A stretch of 64,000 nucleotides of DNA from the IMG/VR virus record IMGVR_UViG_3300037882_003354, positions 1 to 64,000 of that record; one strand, written 5' to 3'. The notes under the pieces are model-generated. The model saw only the letters and a list, made by a program, of their open reading frames with translations. It made no database searches and had not been told where the DNA came from. The position numbers and the translations under genes were made by a program. Shown one piece after another: positions 56,480 through 64,000 of this stretch (position 1 is the stretch's first letter; each line of letters begins with the position of its first letter).

Positions 56480-57109
56480 TTATGATATGCAATTTAATAA
56501 CTGCTCTTTTGACCAAAGACACATTTCTCGCTTGGGGTGCGGCCACATGGTATCATCAAATCTATACAATGGTTCAGGAAAGTTGTAGGGAGCGGCAAAC
56601 AGATTTAACAAATCAAAATGACCGTTAGGAATGCTGCGGTTTTCGCTCCACATAAATCCATCGTAGTTTATAGTATTAAAGTTATGTGAAGTAGTCAGTA
56701 TATACTTTACATCCGACTTTTTAAAGTTTAATAGCACTTTTTTAATATTTTCAGGCGTCAGGTGAAACAGTATATCTCTAACAATCCAAAGATCAGCAGA
56801 AGGAATAGGGTCTTCAGTTATATCTAAATGTACAAATGATCTTCCGCCCACATCTTTAAAGTTTTCGTTATGTCTATCAATTAGTCCTCTGACTATATCC
56901 CCACCTGTATATTTTATGTTAGGTTGGCCTTTTAGCAATGGGGTCATCCATACCATATCCCCACACGGTGCATCTAATACAGTTTTGATATCAAACTGGT
57001 CAAATATTACTGGTAGATTTTGACAAACGTTTAACGTATATTCAATAGTGGACCCTGGTCCACTTGATTCTATGTATCCTTGAAAAATCTGTTCTAATTC
57101 TTGATTCAT
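56480..57109 (-). CDS. Class I SAM-dependent methyltransferase
   Basis: SGPGS, VLDAPCGD..WM, YTGGDIV, RDILFHL; AT-rich. Confidence 0.8.
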   Translation of the reverse strand: MNQELEQIFQGYIESSGPGSTIEYTLNVCQNLPVIFDQFDIKTVLDAPCGDMVWMTPLLKGQPNIKYTGGDIVRGLIDRHNENFKDVGGRSFVHLDITEDPIPSADLWIVRDILFHLTPENIKKVLLNFKKSDVKYILTTSHNFNTINYDGFMWSENRSIPNGHFDLLNLFAAPYNFPEPLYRFDDTMWPHPKREMCLWSKEQLLNCIS

Positions 57110-57127
57110 TATTTTATTTTTCCTTTA

Positions 57128-59449
57128 TTATAATTTACAGGCGTCACAATCCGACTCATCATTTGCTGTAACTGGTTCAGATTCTGATGTATTCTTTGTG
57201 GTGGTTAAAACATGTTTAGAGTCGGTTTTAGAAAGAAGACTATAGTACATGGTTTTTAGCCCCCACTTGTAAGCCAACATGAGATTTCTGGCAATCAGAG
57301 TGCCTGGAACCTTGCCGTCTGCGAAGTGTTTGGGTGAATAGAACGTGTTGGTGCTCAGGCTCTGATCAATGTATGCAGCCAGCACAGCAGCAGTCTTCAG
57401 ATATCCCACGCAGTCTGTCTGATCCCACATGAGTTGGTATTTGTTCTTTAACTTCCGATATTCCGGAACAACCTGTACAAAACTACCAGCCTTGGATTCC
57501 TTGACTGAAATTAATTCCATGGGCATCTCAATGCCATTGGTGCTGTTCAATACTACGCTGGAACTTTCAACTGGAGCCACGGCCATCAATGTAGCATTAC
57601 GAATGCCATGCTGTTTCATTCGTGCTCGCAAGGGTTCCCAGTCCAGGCTGGGTGTGAAGTCGGTGAGTTCGTTGACTCCAGCGGCCCGTCGCTCCCAGGG
57701 AAATACTCCACGCCCGTAGTAAGTGTACTGACTGCGCTGGCATGACCCACGTTCCTGGGCCAGTTCCACACTGGCTTCGGTCAGGTAATAGGCCTGATGC
57801 TCCATCCAACGACGAACTTCTGCCAGTGCTTCAGGTGCACCGTACTTGAGACCACGCTTGGCATGCCAGTAGGCCAGATTGGTGATGCCCACGCCCAGGG
57901 GCTCAAAATCTTGATTGGCCAGTCGACTCTGAATGGACAGGAAATCCTGATAGTTCAACAAGTTGCTCAGGCTGCGCACCAGCACACGGCAGGCCTTGCG
58001 CATTTGTTGAGGGTTGGTAAACGACCCCCAATTCACACTGCCCAAAGTGCACAGGGCGATCCGGCCCTTAGGGTCTTCAATACGCTGAAATGGTCTGGTG
58101 GGAAGAAGTATTTCCTGGCAGAGGTTGCTCTGGTAGATGGGATCAGTGGTGGCATCAAATGGGCCTTGATTGATCACATTGTCAATGTTCACCAGATAGA
58201 TACGGCCAGTATCAGTCCGTTCTTTAAGAATACCGTTCTTGAAGATTTCTGCTGCTGGCAGTACTTTTTTCTTGATGTCTGTTCTGGCTTCGTATGCCAC
58301 ATACAGTTTTTCAAATTCGGCTGAATCACGATAGTATGCTTCGTACAAGTCAGGCACTTGATGCGGGTCAAACAATGTGATGTCGCCGCTATGCTTGTAT
58401 CGACGCCAGAACATGGCACTGACCACCACTGAGTAATCCATCTGACGCACACGAGTTTCGTCAGTGCCCTGATTGTTCTTGAGCACAATTAGATCTTCGA
58501 ATTGGTAGTGCCAGATGGGAAATGTCACCGTGCAACTGGCGTTGCGAATGCCACCCTGACTGCAACTGCGTAGATCACTGAACCACTTCTTCAAGAAGGG
58601 TATCATGCCCGTGTGTTTGATCTCTCCGTTGCGAATTGGGGCACCTAATGGGCGTAAACGGCCGATTTCCAGGCCGATTCCGGCTCGTTTGCTTGCATAT
58701 TTTGCCATCATTTCACCACTGGCAAAGATACTGTCCAGAGTATCGTCGCTGGTGATCAGCACACAACTGCTAAACTGCTTGGTGGTGGTGCCCAGGCCTG
58801 CCAGCACAGGGGTGGCCAGAGTAAAGTGCCCATCGCTGGCACATTCATAATATTCCTTGACCAATTTCAATCTGCTGTCCCGGGGCTCTGCATGAAAGGC
58901 AGTGGCAGCAGCCATGGCATATCTCACCTGCGGAGTTTCATAGATCTGTCCAGTGGCGCGATTTTGCACCAGGTATTTTTCTGATAGTTGTGCGATGGCA
59001 GCGTAGGTGTAAGTTTCATCTTTGTCATGATCAATGAACAGATCAATGATGTCCCATTCTGCTTCAGTGTACCAATCCAGCAGTTCGGGCGTGTACATGC
59101 CAGCCTCTACGTTTTTCTTCACAATGCTGTAAAGATTTGGTGGAGTGTATCCGCCGTACACCTCCTTGCGCAACATGCTGATGCGCTGTCTGCCGGCCAC
59201 ATACTGATAGTTGACATTGTTGATTTCTGGATTCTCTGACTCATCGATCAGATTGACCATGGCCTTGAGCAACAGCTCGTCAATGGTCTTGGTGGTCATG
59301 CCATCATGTATTTCGATCTGAGCTTTGATCTCAATCATGCTGGGGCTTACACCGTCTATACCACAGCAGGCGTTGGCCACCTGTCTTTGTATTTTACTAA
59401 TATCCAGTGGGACTCGTCCACCGTCACGCTTAACTACTGTAATTGTCAT
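57128..59449 (-). CDS. nrdA: Class Ia ribonucleotide reductase alpha subunit
   Basis: ATP cone VVKRDG; SSC; SNLCQE; AVAPVESSS; KTMYY; C-terminal CDAC. Confidence 0.97.
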   Translation of the reverse strand: MTITVVKRDGGRVPLDISKIQRQVANACCGIDGVSPSMIEIKAQIEIHDGMTTKTIDELLLKAMVNLIDESENPEINNVNYQYVAGRQRISMLRKEVYGGYTPPNLYSIVKKNVEAGMYTPELLDWYTEAEWDIIDLFIDHDKDETYTYAAIAQLSEKYLVQNRATGQIYETPQVRYAMAAATAFHAEPRDSRLKLVKEYYECASDGHFTLATPVLAGLGTTTKQFSSCVLITSDDTLDSIFASGEMMAKYASKRAGIGLEIGRLRPLGAPIRNGEIKHTGMIPFLKKWFSDLRSCSQGGIRNASCTVTFPIWHYQFEDLIVLKNNQGTDETRVRQMDYSVVVSAMFWRRYKHSGDITLFDPHQVPDLYEAYYRDSAEFEKLYVAYEARTDIKKKVLPAAEIFKNGILKERTDTGRIYLVNIDNVINQGPFDATTDPIYQSNLCQEILLPTRPFQRIEDPKGRIALCTLGSVNWGSFTNPQQMRKACRVLVRSLSNLLNYQDFLSIQSRLANQDFEPLGVGITNLAYWHAKRGLKYGAPEALAEVRRWMEHQAYYLTEASVELAQERGSCQRSQYTYYGRGVFPWERRAAGVNELTDFTPSLDWEPLRARMKQHGIRNATLMAVAPVESSSVVLNSTNGIEMPMELISVKESKAGSFVQVVPEYRKLKNKYQLMWDQTDCVGYLKTAAVLAAYIDQSLSTNTFYSPKHFADGKVPGTLIARNLMLAYKWGLKTMYYSLLSKTDSKHVLTTTKNTSESEPVTANDESDCDACKL

Positions 59450-59482
59450 TTAACGACCTTATTTTATATGCTGAGCATCTAT

Positions 59483-59917
59483 TTACCCAGGTTTTTTGAT
59501 TTCTATAAGATTCTCAAGTAAAAAAGTCGGTGGCAAGAGATCCATGGCAAGTGGCCCATCGTCATTGAAATTTATAACCCATTGATCATCAACACAAATT
59601 ATATTATACTGTCTAGTTCGAGCATTGTCTACTAGTGTCCTAATTTCAATTTTGGAGTTTTGATATCGTTGAGACAATTTCAAGGTCCAAGCAATCATCA
59701 GGGCCTTGGTGAAATCATCGTATTTGTTCCCCACAATGATGTCCCAGGGCGTGGGCCAACTTCTTTCATGATAAGGATCAATTTTGTTATTATAGGGAAC
59801 AAAGGGAGCAGCTTTCCAGAACTCCCAGACCTCCCGGAGGGCATCAGGTGTTTCAGACAATTGGGAACGCAACCACATCCATGCCGACAGGCGGTCATCT
59901 ATGGATCTATCAAACAT
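59483..59917 (-). CDS. Phage hypothetical protein
   Basis: RLSAW..LR...SWPTPWDI. Confidence 0.7.
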   Translation of the reverse strand: MFDRSIDDRLSAWMWLRSQLSETPDALREVWEFWKAAPFVPYNNKIDPYHERSWPTPWDIIVGNKYDDFTKALMIAWTLKLSQRYQNSKIEIRTLVDNARTRQYNIICVDDQWVINFNDDGPLAMDLLPPTFLLENLIEIKKPG

Positions 59918-59918
59918 A

Positions 59919-61847
59919 TTAGAGCAGTGTGTCTATCTGAAATTCCAGCAAGGTCTCAGTCAAGGCCGAGCTGTTGCTGCAGGTCAACTCCACATAATTA
60001 TTTCTTGGTAACGACACATTAAAATCTTGTGAAGGCGAATCGGCTCGTAATAATTTCCAAGTTTCACCAGGTGTGCTGAAAACAAATTCAGGATCCGCTG
60101 AGTCAGTGTTGAAAGTGTATATGGTGGCACTGGTCTGTGCAACAGCTATGATGGTGGCTGCATAACCAGCATACTCATTGTCCCCAGTCATGAAATAGGT
60201 GCCAGCGGCTATATCGGTGACGATAGTGGGGTCGAATGAGGGGAACTCACTGACGTCAATGGCGAACTGAGTGTCATCCAGACCACCCACAGTGGCAGTG
60301 GTCACGTTGTCAGTAATGACATACAATCCCTGTGTGAAATTGTAGGTATCAGTTATCACAGAATACCCTTCAGTGCTCAGATTCAAACTCAGGGTACCCT
60401 TTCTTGACAGTCCAAAATCGCTGAGTTGATACTTGATGGTGATCAATTGCCCCACATCGTTAAGGCAAATCTTGGCCACTGGTTGGTTTATTGATTCTGT
60501 GGCCAGGGTGGCAGTAAAGGCAGCACCGCTTCTGATGGATGTTCTGCCTATGATCAAGGGATTGTAATAAAAGGTGGTGCTCGTGGTGGCATTGGCCAGC
60601 GCCTGTCTGTTGAAATAATCAGCATCAGATTCGTTACCAGTGGCCTGGAATACTATGACCGCAGTGGCGCCAGTGCTAGTGGTGACGAAGTCATCCAGGC
60701 CCAGGCCATTGCCCACTTGGACAAAATTGTTTTCTTTGCTGATGTGATTGCTGGAAATACCGTTGGGGTTGGCACCCACAAATATGCCTTCTTGCACAAT
60801 GTTTTCAAATCTGTTCTTGGATATGATGCCATTCATGGGACCTGGTTGAGTGTCTTCAGTATGGAAGTCCACACCACGATACAGGTTGCTGAATATGTTA
60901 CGATCTATGATGGGGCGCATGACTGTGCCAGTGGCCAATATGCCCACGTACATGCCGTCAAATTTACAATCAGTGATCATGGGGTTATAGCACAGTGTGA
61001 CATCACTGGAGCCTTGTGTGGTGCCTGAGCCACGTATGGCGATACCATGGCCGTATGTGGTCAATCCATAGGTCCAGGTGGATGCGGCATCGAATGAACT
61101 CTGAAAATGCACACGAGTTATCTTGGCATCCAGCACATTGTCCAGTGACAACAGGGGATATATTGAAGTGGTGCCAGTGCTGTCGTACTGCAATGTCATG
61201 TTGGACATACTGACTTCACGAGCCCTGTTGATGCCCGACTGCATGTTGCCAGATTCAAAAACATTCTCCTGTGCGTCCACTGTTTTAAACATGGTGGCAG
61301 TGTTGGAGACCATGGTCAAGGTGGTGATACCCGGGCCTTCTCCGCGCAACGATGTGTATGGTGGCAATTCTATGGTGTTATTGATATAATAATTGCCTGC
61401 CGGAATCATGAGTTCGCGTCTGGCATCAGTTCTATTGGTGGGATTGAGAAATATATTGTCTATGGCCGATTGTAATATAGAAGTGATGTCAGTGGGCGTA
61501 GAGCTGGCCCGGACCCCATAGTCAGTCAAACTCACCAGTGCGTCCAACTTGATGCCCACCGTGGACACCACTGAGTTAATGTAGCTGACTCCGTCTCGGT
61601 ACTTGTAGGTGCTGGTGCTGGACACGGCTTCACCACCATATATGAATGCGAAGATGTTGTCCAGGTCTTTTTCTGTCAGAATTCTGGAGTTGGCGTCGCT
61701 GACTGCACCGTCTACTATGCGTTTACCTATGTAGAGATTTTCTGTGTCCTGTGACCAGCCAAATTCACCAGGCTCCAGCTGTGGGACTCCTGTCTGGTTC
61801 TCGCGACCACGTCTAACTTGAACCCTGCTTATTTGAATTACCGCCAT
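59919..61847 (-). CDS. Virion structural protein with a pectin-lyase-like beta-helix (tailspike-like)
   Basis: MAVIQISRVQVRRG..PQL..GEFGW..D...LYIG; DYGV, IPAGNYYI, LRGEG. Confidence 0.75.
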   Translation of the reverse strand: MAVIQISRVQVRRGRENQTGVPQLEPGEFGWSQDTENLYIGKRIVDGAVSDANSRILTEKDLDNIFAFIYGGEAVSSTSTYKYRDGVSYINSVVSTVGIKLDALVSLTDYGVRASSTPTDITSILQSAIDNIFLNPTNRTDARRELMIPAGNYYINNTIELPPYTSLRGEGPGITTLTMVSNTATMFKTVDAQENVFESGNMQSGINRAREVSMSNMTLQYDSTGTTSIYPLLSLDNVLDAKITRVHFQSSFDAASTWTYGLTTYGHGIAIRGSGTTQGSSDVTLCYNPMITDCKFDGMYVGILATGTVMRPIIDRNIFSNLYRGVDFHTEDTQPGPMNGIISKNRFENIVQEGIFVGANPNGISSNHISKENNFVQVGNGLGLDDFVTTSTGATAVIVFQATGNESDADYFNRQALANATTSTTFYYNPLIIGRTSIRSGAAFTATLATESINQPVAKICLNDVGQLITIKYQLSDFGLSRKGTLSLNLSTEGYSVITDTYNFTQGLYVITDNVTTATVGGLDDTQFAIDVSEFPSFDPTIVTDIAAGTYFMTGDNEYAGYAATIIAVAQTSATIYTFNTDSADPEFVFSTPGETWKLLRADSPSQDFNVSLPRNNYVELTCSNSSALTETLLEFQIDTLL

Positions 61848-61912
61848 GACAATATCCCCTCAATATAAGGATATTTATGCGGATTGAGTGAGCAATTGCC
61901 AGTGACCTTGCG

Positions 61913-62605
61913 TCACATGGAGTAGTATTCTTCCACTTTTTTCAGCCACATGTCCTGATACTTGTTGTAGTTGGCCGGAGTCAGATCAAATTGTTGATAC
62001 TGAAGATCTCTGCTGCACATGAAGATCACACCACGACGTATGTTGGTTCCATACACTTCGTTATGTGCTTCTGCGTAGGCCACCAGTTGTACGTAGTAGT
62101 CTTCCACCCATTCTGCCTTCTTGGGTTTGTTGGTTTGTTTGTGGTCAGCAATGGCTGGCTCACCGTCATACACACCCACCAGGTCTGTGGTGCCGCTGTA
62201 CAAGCCGGGAAAGTACAGGCTCTGCTCCATGGCCCAGACTTCATTCATTTTGCTCAATCCATGTTCAATGATGACATCAGCCATGCGATTGGCCTGTACA
62301 TGCACTGGATTGTTCCCCGGTTGTCGCTGCTCACCGATTAGGAATCGTTCCAGATTGGCGTGCATGGCACTTCCTACTCCGGCCGCTTCTGTGGTGATTT
62401 GTTGAGCTTTTTCCACTCCCACACGCTTCCGCCATTCGTTGAGTGCTGTCATGTCCTTGGTGGCACTCAGTATGGTGGTCACCGAGGGCAGTCGTTCACC
62501 GTCGGGTGTCAGATACACTCGCTTGCGTGTCACAGGATCATTGATCTGTTGACATTTTTTATATTGGAATCTTTCGACGAACGGTGGAGGATTGTAAGTG
62601 GTCAT
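61913..62605 (-). CDS. PD-(D/E)XK exonuclease
   Basis: PSVTTIL, WRKRVG, GSAMH, YSGTTD, DHK, QLVAY. Confidence 0.85.
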   Translation of the reverse strand: MTTYNPPPFVERFQYKKCQQINDPVTRKRVYLTPDGERLPSVTTILSATKDMTALNEWRKRVGVEKAQQITTEAAGVGSAMHANLERFLIGEQRQPGNNPVHVQANRMADVIIEHGLSKMNEVWAMEQSLYFPGLYSGTTDLVGVYDGEPAIADHKQTNKPKKAEWVEDYYVQLVAYAEAHNEVYGTNIRRGVIFMCSRDLQYQQFDLTPANYNKYQDMWLKKVEEYYSM

Positions 62606-62640
62606 ATACTGACTATAACATCAGTATTGGAATACTTCAA

Positions 62641-62979
62641 CTATTTTATTGCAGTTTTGGCGTTGCGGCTGGCCATTTGATCCACGCTGGGACCTGCTGG
62701 CGTTTGAGCAGCATCCGGCTTCTGATTGCTGGCAGTCTTGGTTTTCAGAACAACTGTGCCGTTGTCCAGTATGTCAGAGATGACATCACCTGCAGGATCC
62801 AGGGAGTTTTTCAGTGCTCTCAGGCCGTCAGGGGTGGATATGCCCAGTCCCAGTGGCTTGAGCATGTGCATGACCACTGGAAAGGGCAATTCAGAAGATT
62901 GGCCCTGCTGGTTGGCCTGGCCTTGAAGTACCGCCAGAACGTCTCTGGCGGACCCTTGATCTACTTCAAACAATCTCAT
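62641..62979 (-). CDS. Hypothetical protein, possibly an internal head protein
   Basis: MRLFEV start; coupled. Confidence 0.65.
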   Translation of the reverse strand: MRLFEVDQGSARDVLAVLQGQANQQGQSSELPFPVVMHMLKPLGLGISTPDGLRALKNSLDPAGDVISDILDNGTVVLKTKTASNQKPDAAQTPAGPSVDQMASRNAKTAIK

Positions 62980-64000
62980 CTGGCCAGTTTGCTCATGATG
63001 CTGTGACTTTCGGACAATTTTCTGGCGCGCTGCTGAGCCCGGCTTTCACGCATTTCGCGTCCACTGGTCTCATCGCCGCCAGCGGCAGCATCACTAGCAC
63101 CGAACTCATCGCCAGCTGGCGTTGGGTTCATCTCGTCTGGTGCACTCAGGTCCATGCCTGGCTCTTGACCACCCATGTCTGGTTCCATGCCCATGGGCTC
63201 TTCTGCGCCAGCCTCACCGGCCAGAGTGGCCACTGCGTTGCTGATGGCTTCACGTTGTTGTGTCAGTGTTTCCAGTGTGGCAGACAAGGCAGGTGCCACT
63301 GATTGTTTGAATGCCTCAGCTTCAGCAGCACCAAACTCTGAACGAATCTCGTCAGCCAATTCGATGATGGCCTTGGTCTGATACTGGCCCACACGTTGCA
63401 TCCAGCTGGTGAAGTCATTGACCATGTCACCGGCGGCGGTGATGGCTTTAGCCTTGGCTTCTTCATCTTCCATCAGGAAGAATTCAATACTTTCGTTGAC
63501 AAACTTGACGTTCTGCTTGAATACTGAACGTGATTCCTTGGCCTGCTGTTTCCACATGGCGGCGGCGGCCACTGCCTTGGGATCACGGGCACCGCTCTTG
63601 GCGGCTGCTTTCTCCACCTTGGCGAAACCCTTGCCTGGCTTGCCGATGTCGCCACCTGCCTTGGCCTTCTTGACCACAGCAGACTTTTCCTTGGCACTCA
63701 TACCAGCACTGGGCTTGGTTTCGGCAACGCTTTCACGTTCCATTCTGTCAGCATATGCCTGGTCGTCGGCTGCCTTTTCACGTGCCATTCTGGCCAGTGT
63801 GGCCTTGGCGCGCTCGTCACCTGCGGCGGCTTTCTTTTGCAATTCTTTTTCACGATGAGCCCTGAGCTCTCTGCCCTGCTGTGCATCTGGTGAGTTTGGA
63901 TTATATGCTTCCTTGACCTTCTTGGACTTCTTTTCTTCAGGCTCAGGTTGGTCTTTGGTGGCTTTCTTGGTGTAAACTGTGCCAGTAGTGGTGTTCTTCT
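62976..64000 (-). CDS. Acidic/helical protein, 5'-truncated; possible head core or internal protein
   Basis: Frame stays open to the window end; repeated x-x-E motifs (VKEA, VAET, AKES, VNES, MRES, LSES). Confidence 0.65.
   Translation of the reverse strand, partial: KNTTTGTVYTKKATKDQPEPEEKKSKKVKEAYNPNSPDAQQGRELRAHREKELQKKAAAGDERAKATLARMAREKAADDQAYADRMERESVAETKPSAGMSAKEKSAVVKKAKAGGDIGKPGKGFAKVEKAAAKSGARDPKAVAAAAMWKQQAKESRSVFKQNVKFVNESIEFFLMEDEEAKAKAITAAGDMVNDFTSWMQRVGQYQTKAIIELADEIRSEFGAAEAEAFKQSVAPALSATLETLTQQREAISNAVATLAGEAGAEEPMGMEPDMGGQEPGMDLSAPDEMNPTPAGDEFGASDAAAGGDETSGREMRESRAQQRARKLSESHSIMSKLAR

Noticed and set aside
54018-59449. Introns or inteins in nrdA/nrdB
   Set aside because: Both genes are uninterrupted and of normal length
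61913-62605. Cas4
   Set aside because: Lacks the four Fe-S cysteines; fits an ordinary phage PD-(D/E)XK exonuclease
1-64000. Stop-codon reassignment
   Set aside because: Standard-code ORFs are full length and densely packed; TAA, TGA and TAG all end genes

Overview
This 64 kb window comes from a large (probably jumbo) lytic dsDNA phage, most likely infecting an aquatic proteobacterium. No integrase, rRNA or CRISPR array is seen. 1-13 kb (+) is a dense run of small, translationally coupled ORFs, many from one 'MNERI...KFAELIV...HFGVEE' family sharing ~22-bp junction repeats; it also holds a LapG-like peptidase, clpP, queD and a GIY-YIG endonuclease. 13-17.6 kb (+) carries dadA, uvsE and a superoxide dismutase. 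17.7-32.2 kb (+) is a virion-fibre region: an Ig-repeat structural gene apparently split by a DUF1800/DUF1501 cassette, two GYTGS collagen-like fibres and a FlgD-Ig/beta-propeller protein. 32.2-64 kb is mostly (-): hemO-pcyX, clpS, hsp20, nucleases, bS21, clpX, an outer-membrane beta-barrel, a PlcP-like/Agt-like lipid-remodelling pair with Pho-box-like sites, a circularly permuted two-piece tmRNA gene, a second exported FN3-DUF1996-DUF1800-DUF1501 operon, class Ia ribonucleotide reductase, a beta-helix structural protein and an exonuclease. The strongest novelty candidates are the two phage DUF1800/DUF1501 pairs (one seemingly virion-linked), the permuted tmRNA with ClpXP/ClpS/bS21, the PlcP-Agt module, and the repeat-bounded shuffled small-ORF array. 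All family calls come from motif recognition; no database search was run.
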